From contig DFRJ01000001.1 in the NCBI GenBank assembly GCA_002378195.1, positions 161,722-225,721 on the forward strand: a stretch of DNA of 64,000 nucleotides, read 5' to 3'. The DNA is from Patescibacteria group bacterium UBA3466 (GTDB lineage: Bacteria; Patescibacteriota; Minisyncoccia; Phycocordibacterales; UBA918). A model generated the notes under the pieces. It saw only the letters and a program-made list of their open reading frames with translations, was not told where the DNA came from and did not search any database. Both the position numbers and the translations under genes were made by a program. This document shows, one piece after another, positions 25,436-34,294 of the stretch (position 1 is the first letter of the stretch; every line of letters starts with the position of its first letter).

Positions 25436-25468
25436 AAAAGCCGGCGCCCTTCGGGCGCCGGCTTTTTG
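25436..25468 (+). terminator. Rho-independent terminator (GC-clamp family: gaaaaagccggcgccc-ttc-gggcgccggctttttg)
   Basis: Follows rplK directly; no rplA follows. Confidence 0.8.
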
Positions 25469-25496
25469 TATGCAAGATTAATATTTTTACCTTCCT

Positions 25497-25560
25497 CAAG
25501 ACTCACTCCAGCAGCTGCGGAGGTTAGGTCTGTATAAACCCAATCAGCCCATATCCTTCG
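25497..25560. repeat. Copy A: short remnant of the 3'-end segment of the 26476-28584 gene, upstream of the first MENNK gene
   Basis: gcggaggtt...ctgtataaacccaatcagcc resembles 26768-26790 and 26085-26125. Confidence 0.5.
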
Positions 25561-25575
25561 TTGTAGAATATAAAT

Positions 25576-25923
25576 ATGGAAAACAACAAAATTTACAACA
25601 ATAAAAAAGTATTAGTTATCTCTTGCATCCCAGCATTAGCAATGTCTAGTGTGTTGTACAAATTTTTTGTGTTCCCTTTTGTATGGGGATTGTCTTATAG
25701 TGTTTATTGGGTGTCTGAGCTATATATGTTTTTGCTCTTACCGCTATTGCCAATATTTTTTGTATTTTTAATAGCTAAATCAAAATGGTTTAGAGTCTTT
25801 TCTAATAATGATCATTCAGGTCATAAAGTGATCTCATTAGTAACTCTGCCGACCGTCAGTAGTATCCTGTCTTTCTTAGTAATGATGTTGGGAGTTTATA
25901 TAATTGATGTGGTTTTTTCCTAA
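25576..25923 (+). CDS. Small multi-TM membrane protein (MENNK-start family, copy A)
   Basis: 115 aa, begins MENNK, 3-4 TM helices; paralogous context to 26148-26516. Confidence 0.5.
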   Translation: MENNKIYNNKKVLVISCIPALAMSSVLYKFFVFPFVWGLSYSVYWVSELYMFLLLPLLPIFFVFLIAKSKWFRVFSNNDHSGHKVISLVTLPTVSSILSFLVMMLGVYIIDVVFS

Positions 25924-25951
25924 CCACCGCTGTATTCTGAACGCTCTTCTT

Positions 25952-26135
25952 ATAAGCTCATTTTAATTTCTGCAATTAGGTCACGGCTGGTTTTGTATCC
26001 TCTGGGGAGATTTGATCTCTACGCTCCAGTCTTTTTATTATTGTCTTTAATGACCGCTTTTAGTTCAGCGAATAATTCTTCTGTAGTCGGCGGTTCCGCT
26101 ACTGTATAAACTCAATCAGGCAGCATCATTTGTTT
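25952..26135. repeat. Copy B: partial duplicate (with ~130-nt internal deletion) of the last ~300 nt of the 26476-28584 gene
   Basis: ataagctcattttaatttctgcaattaggtcacggctggtttt-tatcctctggggagatttgatctctacg is near-identical to 26512-26582; a second block matches 26715-26790. Confidence 0.7.
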
Positions 26136-26147
26136 TAGAATAGAAAC

Positions 26148-26516
26148 ATGGAAAATAACAAACTATCAATTATTTACACTAGAAAATTTTGGCTGAGTCT
26201 AATCGTAATTCAAGCATTAACAAATTTAATATTATTGAACATCTTGTATAACACCTCAGATACAGTTTTTGAATACTTATATGCAACTTTGCTGATTTTG
26301 GGGGCTGCTACACCGGCACTAGTTATTTATCCAATATTAGGTGATGGGATAGTTATAGATCTTATAAATTCTCTGGTTTTCGTAGTATTTGCTTTCTACG
26401 TATTTCGAAATGTCGTGAGACCGCGAGGAAAGATTAAAATTCTAATACCGCTTTCATTCGTTACTGTTTCACTAATCAGTTTAATTTTTGGTGCTGTGGT
26501 GATAAGCTCATTTTAA
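26148..26516 (+). CDS. Small multi-TM membrane protein (MENNK-start family, copy B)
   Basis: 122 aa, begins MENNK; its 3' end overlaps convergently with the stop of the 26476-28584 gene. Confidence 0.5.
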   Translation: MENNKLSIIYTRKFWLSLIVIQALTNLILLNILYNTSDTVFEYLYATLLILGAATPALVIYPILGDGIVIDLINSLVFVVFAFYVFRNVVRPRGKIKILIPLSFVTVSLISLIFGAVVISSF

Positions 26517-28584
26517 TTTCTGCAATTAAGTCACGGCTGGTTTGCGCATCCTCTGGGGAGATTTGATCTCTACGTTCTAATCTTTCGATCATCCTATCTA
26601 TTCGTCGTAGTAAAAATTTTGCTGTCCGGTCGGAGATTCGGGTATTCTTTAGTGACATTTTTTCAGCCAACTTGATCCTTAGCAGCAAGCGCTTTTCGTT
26701 GTGGCGGCTTAAGTCGCTGTCTTTTATTGCAGCTTTTAGTGCAGCAAACAATTCTTCCGTGGTCGGAGGTTCTTCTGCGGTATAAAGTCCTAGTCCGTAG
26801 CGAGAGAAGGTGGTGTTGGTAAAGGTGACGGTGCTTTCTGCTACGTTTACATTACTGTCTAATTTTGGTTCCCAGGTTGCTGTCTCAGGATTAAAGTAGA
26901 AAACAATCAGTTCTTCCGCATTACCTCCTAGTTCTGTTATCAGTTCTGGTTCATAAGCAAAGGTTACATCGACTGAGAAAGTGTCATTTTCGAGCGATGA
27001 TTCCAGATCCCAGAAGATAGGTAGCATTTTGGTACCGTCTGGTATCAGACCTTCAGTGACGGGTTCTTGATAGGGAGTGATGTTGAAGGTGGTGCCAGCT
27101 GGTAGAGGAGAGGTAAATTGCATCTCAATGTCAGACTTGGGGAAGGAGATGTAATCAGTTTCTTCCGTTAGTTCTAATTGCGAAATGGTATCGATCCCGG
27201 CCCAGGCCACAGGATTTAAGAAACGAGTTGTGCCACCGACGTTGAGGAAGCCAGGTCCTCGAGGTCCATCACCACCCGGTGTGAGCGTTAAATCAGATCC
27301 CCACTTACCGCTAAAATTTAAAAAGATTTGATCGATGCTAGATAGTTTATTTAAACTATCTAGAGTTACACCAGAATTAGAAGTTATATCTGTGCCAACA
27401 CCAGTATTAATACTTTTTACATAAGGATAATTCGCGTGTGATCCTAATGACACATAGCTCACTAGCCGTTCAGCATCTTTAGTTACTTCTTCGCTATCCC
27501 AAGCCCTTCTCACAGAGTCGTAGGTTTTGGGATCAAAGTCTTCCGCATCCCCATTATTATGATGAGCTGAATAAGCCACATATTCAGGCTCCTCAGTTTC
27601 GGCGTCCAAGAAAATAAAGACTGATTCAAAATCACCTTCGTGGTTGTTAAAGCCTCCTTGTTCAGCCCAATTATTCATCGCGTAAAACTGCCAGTATTGC
27701 AGGACGATATAGTCTTTGTCGGCCGTGGAGTCAGTCATGCGGTGGGCGTAGACGGTCACATTTTCAGGGTCGGGGGTGCCGTACTTGGTGCGGGCCGCAT
27801 CGAGATCGATTGAAGCTGGGTTGTTCGGGTCGCTGTAGGCGAGGTAGTAATCTTCAGTATTATTTTGCTCTACTATCTGTGCAAAGGTGGCTGGAGTCAG
27901 ACTTTCTTCATTGAGGACAATTTCATCTACCAACTCTCCATCCCAGAGAGCGCTATCAGTAATAAACTCTTCCATGCTCATCGGGAAGTAGTCTTCATCA
28001 GGGTGCATTCGCAATATCGGTGCGTACTCTAAAAGTAGTGGGTCAATTTCTTCCTCGTCAGAGGGCGCTACCACCGTGAAGGTAGTCACGTAAGTGTAGG
28101 TAGGGGGAAATTCTTGAGCGTGAGCAGTCGGGATTAAAAATTCTAGCCATTGGTTGCGTTTTGCTTCCGAAAGGACCATTAGGAATTCATCCATGGTCAC
28201 AAGAGTGTAGGTGCCATAACCGTCGAGAGCTAGTCTAAAATTATTACTACTGTCACGGTAGTCATCTCCGTCGTGCTTATAAATAAAAGAAGAAGCACTG
28301 GTGTTTCTCGGATCACCTACCTCTTCCAAGATAGCCGAGTCTGGATCTTCTACTTCTATCACATCACCGTCATTAATGATGGTGCCGTTAATTTCCAATT
28401 TGATAGCTGGTTCTATATCAGATTTGCCAAAAGGATCCTCACAGTCTTCGATGGGATGTATTTCCTCAAAAAAGTCGATAATGTTGCCGCAGGGTAGATC
28501 GGCGCTGGCTTGATTGGTAAAAGTGAATAGTAATGAAAGGGCGAGCAGGAAAGATAACGCTCTAGCTTTGATTGTGATGGTCAT
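26476..28584 (-). CDS. Secreted protein with Vps62/DUF946-like domain and helical basic C-terminal tail
   Basis: Signal peptide MTITIKARALSFLLALSLLFTFTNQASA; central YVLQYWQFYAMNNW...GGFNNHEGDFESVFIFLD resembles the Vps62 (PF06101) HxGDWE core. The C-terminal 100 aa are K/R-rich helical. Confidence 0.5.
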   Translation of the reverse strand: MTITIKARALSFLLALSLLFTFTNQASADLPCGNIIDFFEEIHPIEDCEDPFGKSDIEPAIKLEINGTIINDGDVIEVEDPDSAILEEVGDPRNTSASSFIYKHDGDDYRDSSNNFRLALDGYGTYTLVTMDEFLMVLSEAKRNQWLEFLIPTAHAQEFPPTYTYVTTFTVVAPSDEEEIDPLLLEYAPILRMHPDEDYFPMSMEEFITDSALWDGELVDEIVLNEESLTPATFAQIVEQNNTEDYYLAYSDPNNPASIDLDAARTKYGTPDPENVTVYAHRMTDSTADKDYIVLQYWQFYAMNNWAEQGGFNNHEGDFESVFIFLDAETEEPEYVAYSAHHNNGDAEDFDPKTYDSVRRAWDSEEVTKDAERLVSYVSLGSHANYPYVKSINTGVGTDITSNSGVTLDSLNKLSSIDQIFLNFSGKWGSDLTLTPGGDGPRGPGFLNVGGTTRFLNPVAWAGIDTISQLELTEETDYISFPKSDIEMQFTSPLPAGTTFNITPYQEPVTEGLIPDGTKMLPIFWDLESSLENDTFSVDVTFAYEPELITELGGNAEELIVFYFNPETATWEPKLDSNVNVAESTVTFTNTTFSRYGLGLYTAEEPPTTEELFAALKAAIKDSDLSRHNEKRLLLRIKLAEKMSLKNTRISDRTAKFLLRRIDRMIERLERRDQISPEDAQTSRDLIAEIKMSLSPQHQKLN

Positions 28585-28624
28585 TACTTCTAAAATACCA
28601 CATTAATTTGTAGCAAAATCGGTT

Positions 28625-29137
28625 CTAAGATCCTTTTCTTTCGTAATCAATCCATTGGAATTTTATGCCGTTGTGCTCTTGGGGTGCGTGTTCTTTGGTG
28701 ACGGCAAAGTCGGCTGAGAAATCAGGGAAGAAAGTATCTGCTTCTGGTTCGTCTTCGACTAGAGTGAGGTGTAGTCGGTCCACTAAAGGCAGGGCTTCAC
28801 GGTAGAGCATGGCACCGCCGCCGATATGTATTTCGGTGGGGTTTTCTTCTTTCGCGATATTTATTCCATCTTCTAAAGAATGAGCCACCTTGGCACCTGG
28901 CGTAACTTCTTCACCAACTCGAGAGAGAACAATATTGGTCCGCCCCGGCAAAGGCTTGCCCAAAATTTTAATGATAGATTCGTAGGTATTTCGACCCATT
29001 ATGATGGGGTACCCGAGGGTTAATTCTTTGAAATGCTTAAGGTCTTCCGGCAAGTGCCAAAGCAGTTGGTTTTTAAAACCGATCGCGCGGCGCTCTTTAC
29101 TCATGGCCGCAACAATGACTAGTGGTGGTTTATTCAT
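28625..29137 (-). CDS. folA: Dihydrofolate reductase
   Basis: VIVAAMSKERRAIGFKNQLLWHLPEDLKHFKELTLGYPIIMGRNTYESI is canonical DHFR. Confidence 0.9.
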   Translation of the reverse strand: MNKPPLVIVAAMSKERRAIGFKNQLLWHLPEDLKHFKELTLGYPIIMGRNTYESIIKILGKPLPGRTNIVLSRVGEEVTPGAKVAHSLEDGINIAKEENPTEIHIGGGAMLYREALPLVDRLHLTLVEDEPEADTFFPDFSADFAVTKEHAPQEHNGIKFQWIDYERKGS

Positions 29138-29201
29138 AGAGGCAATTATGCCATAGGCTGTATAAGTTGAAATGGCGACAGGCTAAAAACGAGCCGGTAT
29201 A

Positions 29202-29903
29202 ATGATCAGACTTAATCTGTATCTGCTTATGTCTCAATTTGAAATCGAAATAAAATCTTTACTCGGCGAAAAAACTAATGCTGAAAATTTAAAAGCTCGC
29301 ATGGCCGAATTGGATCCCGGGCATAAGCAGGTGTCTGAAAATAAGCAGCTCAACCACTACTTCGAAGGGGGTGACGTTCATAAACTATATGACTTAGTTG
29401 AACATCTATACACCGGAGTAGAGCACGACAAATTTAAAATGCTGGCAGAGAAGGGGACTAATTGTTCAGTGCGAACACGGCAGCGTGATGATGAGGTTTT
29501 GCTCGTAGTTAAAGCTTCCATCGACGAGGGTACCAGCGAAAACACGGTGAAGCGAATGGAGTTTGAAGAACCAGTGAGCATTACTCTCGAAGAACTTGAT
29601 GATTTGGTGCAGCAGGCCGGATATAAATATCAGGCCAAGTGGTCGCGGGATCGGGAAGAGTATGAATACAAGGGCGTTAATGTCTGCATTGACCGCAACG
29701 CTGGTTACGGATATCTGGCCGAGTTTGAGAAGATCGTTGAGGATGAAGCCGAAACCGATGTGGTAAAAAATCAGTTATTGGAATTGATGCAAGAACTGCA
29801 GGTTGAAGAATTGCCGCAAGAAAGATTGGCGCGGATGTTTGAGCACTACAACGCTAATTGGCCAGACTACTATGGCACCGATAAGGTGTTCAGTATTGAG
29901 TAG
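29202..29903 (+). CDS. CYTH-domain protein (class IV adenylyl cyclase / triphosphatase-like)
   Basis: Starts with the EIEIK strand-1 motif of the CYTH fold and has acidic clusters consistent with a triphosphate tunnel. The true start is likely MSQFEIEIK at 29229. Confidence 0.5.
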   Translation: MIRLNLYLLMSQFEIEIKSLLGEKTNAENLKARMAELDPGHKQVSENKQLNHYFEGGDVHKLYDLVEHLYTGVEHDKFKMLAEKGTNCSVRTRQRDDEVLLVVKASIDEGTSENTVKRMEFEEPVSITLEELDDLVQQAGYKYQAKWSRDREEYEYKGVNVCIDRNAGYGYLAEFEKIVEDEAETDVVKNQLLELMQELQVEELPQERLARMFEHYNANWPDYYGTDKVFSIE

Positions 29904-29953
29904 ATTATTAATCGGTTTTGCGCCCACAGTGAGACCTCTCTATAATAGGAATT

Positions 29954-30502
29954 ATGTTTTTGTCTGACATTGATATTAAAAAAGCGGTGGATGCGGGAGA
30001 GATTACTCTCGAGCCTTTTAATGAGGAGAAATTGCAGCCCGCTAGTTACGACATACTGCTAGGTAATAAGTTTGTAGTGAATGATGAACATCAAACTCCA
30101 CTGGTTGATCCTGCCAAAAATATTTTCGCCAAGACCCGGGAGATCGAGGTCGCCGATGGCGAAGAGTTTATTCTGCATCCGGGTGTGTCGGTGCTGGGGA
30201 TCTCCAAAGAATACTTCGGGTCCAATAAATATTTGGTTCAGGTTGGTGGTAAGTCATCGCTCGCTCGCGTGGGACTGATGATTCACAATACGGCCGGACT
30301 TATTAATCCGGGGCACTTCCTCCACATTACTTTTGAGCTTTGCAATCTCAACAACGTACCGATTATTCTCCGGCCAGGCATGGAGATTGCCCAGCTTACA
30401 TTTTCGATTCTCTCTAGCCCACCCAGCACGGCATATGATAATGAAGAACGAGGGAAGGACAATTGGGAGAGCAATTTTAAGGGTCGCGATTTGATTAAAT
30501 AA
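29954..30502 (+). CDS. dcd: dCTP deaminase (dUTPase superfamily)
   Basis: MFLSDIDIKKAVDAGEITLEPF...QPASYDILLGN is the canonical Dcd N-terminus. Confidence 0.85.
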   Translation: MFLSDIDIKKAVDAGEITLEPFNEEKLQPASYDILLGNKFVVNDEHQTPLVDPAKNIFAKTREIEVADGEEFILHPGVSVLGISKEYFGSNKYLVQVGGKSSLARVGLMIHNTAGLINPGHFLHITFELCNLNNVPIILRPGMEIAQLTFSILSSPPSTAYDNEERGKDNWESNFKGRDLIK

Positions 30503-30512
30503 AAAAGCAATT

Positions 30513-31529
30513 ATGTCAGAGAAAAAACATCCAGAATATCAATATTTAGACTTATGTCAGGACATTCTTGATAATGGCGCTGATAAAGAATTGTTTTTCA
30601 ATGATGTTGTACTTGAGGAGTACAAGAAAAAAGGGGAAGAGCCGCCGTTTATTCGCTCAGTCTTCGGTCGGCAAATTCGCTTTGATTTATCGGAAGGATT
30701 TCCGCTTCTCACCACCAAAAAAACATTTTGGCGAGGAATTACCACCGAACTTTTATGGTTTCTTTCTGGTGATTCAAATTTGAAACCGCTCGTTGATCAG
30801 AATAATCATATTTGGGACGAGTGGGCGTGGAAGATGTATCACATGTGGGCGGTTGAAAATGCTCCAGATGAAGACATGACTCAGGAAGAGTTTATTACAA
30901 AAATTGCCGAGTCTGATGCGGATGATGAATTCGTCCAAAAATGGGGAGACCTGATCACTATCTATGGTCGAATGTGGCGCCGGTGGCCAGCCAAAGATGG
31001 CCGCGAGATCGATCAGTTGCAGTGGGTTATTGATGGACTAAAGAAGAAACCAGATCGTAAGAGTTATGTGGTAAATGCGTGGAATCCAGACTTTATTTAC
31101 GAAATGGCTTCTGAAGGTCAGCAGTCACAAGTGCCACCGTTTTGCCATACGATGTTTCAGTTTCAGGTGGCAAACGGTAAGTTGAATCTCGGTCTTTACC
31201 AACGATCGGCTGATGTTTTCTTGGGCGTACCATTCAATATTGCAAGTTACGCATTGTTGTTGAAGATGGTAGCGCAGGTGGTCGATATTCCAGCCGGGGA
31301 ATTTGTACATACTTTTGGTGACGCTCATATTTATTCTAATCACTTTGATCAAGTGAACGAGCAAATGTCTCGTGAGCCAATGTCTTTCCCGGAAGTGAAG
31401 CTGAACCCGGAGATTAAAAATATCGACGACTTTAAGCTTGAAGACATCGAGTTGGTCGACTATCAATCTCATCCGTCATTACGTGGAGAGATTGCTAATA
31501 TTGGTGGATTCGAGAAGAAAAATAAATAG
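30513..31529 (+). CDS. thyA: Thymidylate synthase (ThyA) with N-terminal extension and ~35-aa insertion
   Basis: FIRSVFGRQIRFDLSEGFPLLTTKK, ELLWFLSGDSN, catalytic PPFCHTMFQF and SADVFLGVPFNIASYALL blocks; 338 aa versus ~264 typical. Confidence 0.9.
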   Translation: MSEKKHPEYQYLDLCQDILDNGADKELFFNDVVLEEYKKKGEEPPFIRSVFGRQIRFDLSEGFPLLTTKKTFWRGITTELLWFLSGDSNLKPLVDQNNHIWDEWAWKMYHMWAVENAPDEDMTQEEFITKIAESDADDEFVQKWGDLITIYGRMWRRWPAKDGREIDQLQWVIDGLKKKPDRKSYVVNAWNPDFIYEMASEGQQSQVPPFCHTMFQFQVANGKLNLGLYQRSADVFLGVPFNIASYALLLKMVAQVVDIPAGEFVHTFGDAHIYSNHFDQVNEQMSREPMSFPEVKLNPEIKNIDDFKLEDIELVDYQSHPSLRGEIANIGGFEKKNK

Positions 31530-31759
31530 TCGGATGAAGGGATTGTTACAATTTTTTTTCCATGTCTACTTATTTCCTAGAGTAGATTAAAGTATTCGAC
31601 CATCGGCGCCGCTCAGTCATCTGCTGAAGTGACCAAAGAGGCTTTGTCATTGGTATCTTAAATCGTGCTATAATTTTGCCAATAATTTTCGTTTTATGAT
31701 CTAACTCATTCGCCACCACTTAGTAGAGCAAGTTAACAGTTACGGTAATTTATTTAAGT

Positions 31760-33031
31760 ATGAGCGAATATAAATACATCAAAGATCAAGACGAAGAAAT
31801 CTATCAAACACTAGTAGGAGAAGAGGAGCGCGAACGAGTCGGGATTGAATTAATTCCGAGTGAAAACTACGCCTCATTGGCGGTGCGGGAAGCTTGTGGT
31901 TCGGTATTTACCAACAAATACTCAGAAGGCTATCCAGGGAGGAGGTACTATGGTGGACAGGAGTTTACTGACCAAATGGAAACTATTGCCATCGAGCGGG
32001 CTAAAAAATTATTTAAAGCTGAGTACGCTAACGTTCAACCGCTCGGGGGAGCGGCCGCCAATGTTGCAATGTATTTTGCGCTCATGGAACCAGGCGACAC
32101 GGTGCTTGGTATGGATCTTTCACACGGCGGACATCTTACTCACGGTCATCCGACTACTGCTATCAATAAAGTCTTCAATTTTGTTCGCTACAAAATGAAA
32201 GATGTCGACACGGGGGAGATCGACTATGAACATTTGCGAGAGATGGCTATTGAGCACAAACCAAAGATAATCTTGGCTGGCTTTTCTGCTTACAGTCGGG
32301 AGCTTGATTACGCTAAGTTTAAAGAAATAGCCGATGAGGTGGGGGCGTATACCGTAGCGGACATTGCCCACATTACTGGACTAATTGCTGGTGGGGTAGC
32401 CAAAAATCCATTCGATTATGGTTTTGATGTAATGACTATGACTACTCATAAGTCACTTCGCGGTCCACGGGGAGGAATGATTGTGATCCGCGAAGACGAA
32501 GAAATCGCTAAGAAAATAAATAAGGCTGTCTTCCCGGGTATGCAAGGTGGTCCGCACATGCATATTATTGCTGCCAAGGCGGTGGCGTTTGGTGAAGCCC
32601 TGCATCCAAACTTCAAGCTTTATGCTGAGCAGATTGTTAAAAATGCCAAAGCTATGGAGGTTGTATTTAAAGATCACGAAGTGCGACTACTATGTGGTGG
32701 CACTGATAATCATCTACTACTGGCTGACGTGTACGGCTCACTAGGGGTGACCGGACAAGAGGCCGAGACCGTGCTCGATGAAGTGGGTATCACTCTCAAT
32801 AAAAACATGATCGCCGATGAGCCGCGCTCAGCTCTTGACCCATCTGGTATACGCTTCGGTACTCCGGCCATGACCACCCGCGGTATGAAAGAAGAAGAAG
32901 CTACCAGCTTAGCTGAGTTGATGATCCGAACCCTGAAAAATAAAGACAACGAAGCAGAGAAAGAAAAGATCAGACAGGCAGTGGTCGCTCTTTGTGAAAA
33001 ATTTCCGGTACCTGAAACTTTTGTCGACTAA
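31760..33031 (+). CDS. glyA: Serine hydroxymethyltransferase
   Basis: GIELIPSENYASLAVREACGSVFTNKYSEGYPGRRYYGG and the PLP-lysine region TTHKSLRGPRGG. Confidence 0.95.
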   Translation: MSEYKYIKDQDEEIYQTLVGEEERERVGIELIPSENYASLAVREACGSVFTNKYSEGYPGRRYYGGQEFTDQMETIAIERAKKLFKAEYANVQPLGGAAANVAMYFALMEPGDTVLGMDLSHGGHLTHGHPTTAINKVFNFVRYKMKDVDTGEIDYEHLREMAIEHKPKIILAGFSAYSRELDYAKFKEIADEVGAYTVADIAHITGLIAGGVAKNPFDYGFDVMTMTTHKSLRGPRGGMIVIREDEEIAKKINKAVFPGMQGGPHMHIIAAKAVAFGEALHPNFKLYAEQIVKNAKAMEVVFKDHEVRLLCGGTDNHLLLADVYGSLGVTGQEAETVLDEVGITLNKNMIADEPRSALDPSGIRFGTPAMTTRGMKEEEATSLAELMIRTLKNKDNEAEKEKIRQAVVALCEKFPVPETFVD

Positions 33032-33084
33032 GACAAGCTATAATCCGCAGGTAGTGCTAGACGGTAGTTTGGTATGATGAGTTT

Positions 33085-34173
33085 ATGCTGAATTTTATAA
33101 AACACTTCAGTCACTTGGTGCGAGTCCATTGGTTAACCTTTGGTTTTATTCTCGGTTTTATTACCGACTTAATTTTGCTGAACCGAATTGATGACTTGGT
33201 AGACAATCTGATCTTGTTGTTTTATGTGCTATTGGCCACTACCGCGATGCTGTTTCTTTATATGGGAGTGGCTGAGCGTGGTCCACAGTTTGCTTCTTTG
33301 TGGATGAAAAAGTATTCACCACTTTTAATGCAGTACGCTTTTGGTGGTTTGTTGTCTGGGATGCTTATTTTTTACGGGCGGAGCGGAGATTGGTTGGCCA
33401 GCGCCCCTTTTTTGCTTTTAATATTGGGAGTCATCCTGGGTAACGAGTTTGTTGGCAAGCGGTCTGATCGCTTGGTGTATAATCTCGCACTATATTTTAT
33501 TGGTCTGTTCTCATATATCGTACTCGTGATTCCAGTGATTTCTGGCATGATGGGGGATTGGATATTTATCGGCAGCGGCTTGATTGCGCTTATGATTGTT
33601 ACGTTTGTCGTGCGCTTACTTCACAAGATCGTGCCGAATTTCATGGAGGCGAATGTGAAGCGAGTCATTACTACTATCGGTTTTATTTATATTGGCTTCA
33701 ATACTTTGTACTTCACCAGTGTGATTCCTCCTATTCCTTTGTCGCTGACCGAATTAGAAATCGTGCAGCGATCGGTCAAGTTGGAAAGTGGTGGCTACCG
33801 GGTGGAGAGTGAAGTGCAGCCTTGGTTTCGCAAGCTGCCGTTTATGAAGCCGGTGCTTCATCCTAAATATAATTCGGTCAGTTGTTTTGCTCGAGTATTT
33901 GCGCCGACTCGTTTGTCGACTGATATTTATCACCGCTGGGAATATAAAGATGAAGAGGGACATTGGCATGAGCATTTTCGATTTGGTTACGAAATATCGG
34001 GTGCTAACAAAGGTGGGTATGGCGGCTACACCGTCAACGAGAATTTCTTCGATGGTGTTTGGCGTTGTAGTGTGGAGACTGAGAGGGGGCAGGTGTTGGG
34101 CCGATATTCGGTGGTAATAGATACCGCAGGTGAATTGAAGAGTACTGACAAAAACGAAGTACAGATTCGGTAA
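33085..34173 (+). CDS. Hypothetical polytopic membrane protein with C-terminal soluble beta-rich domain
   Basis: ~7 TM helices followed by a 140-aa C-terminal domain; no confident family. Confidence 0.4.
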   Translation: MLNFIKHFSHLVRVHWLTFGFILGFITDLILLNRIDDLVDNLILLFYVLLATTAMLFLYMGVAERGPQFASLWMKKYSPLLMQYAFGGLLSGMLIFYGRSGDWLASAPFLLLILGVILGNEFVGKRSDRLVYNLALYFIGLFSYIVLVIPVISGMMGDWIFIGSGLIALMIVTFVVRLLHKIVPNFMEANVKRVITTIGFIYIGFNTLYFTSVIPPIPLSLTELEIVQRSVKLESGGYRVESEVQPWFRKLPFMKPVLHPKYNSVSCFARVFAPTRLSTDIYHRWEYKDEEGHWHEHFRFGYEISGANKGGYGGYTVNENFFDGVWRCSVETERGQVLGRYSVVIDTAGELKSTDKNEVQIR

Positions 34174-34185
34174 GGAAATTAAAAT

Positions 34186-34225
34186 AAAGGCCGGAGAAGC
34201 TTTGCTTCTCCGGCCTTTATTTTTA
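34186..34225 (+). terminator. Rho-independent terminator
   Basis: aaaggccggagaagc-tttg-cttctccggccttt plus T-run. Confidence 0.8.
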
Positions 34226-34294
34226 CCTCACACATGGTACGATCAATTTGTGGTCTGATACACCACCTATCTAAGTCAAATTAGTGACTTAGTT

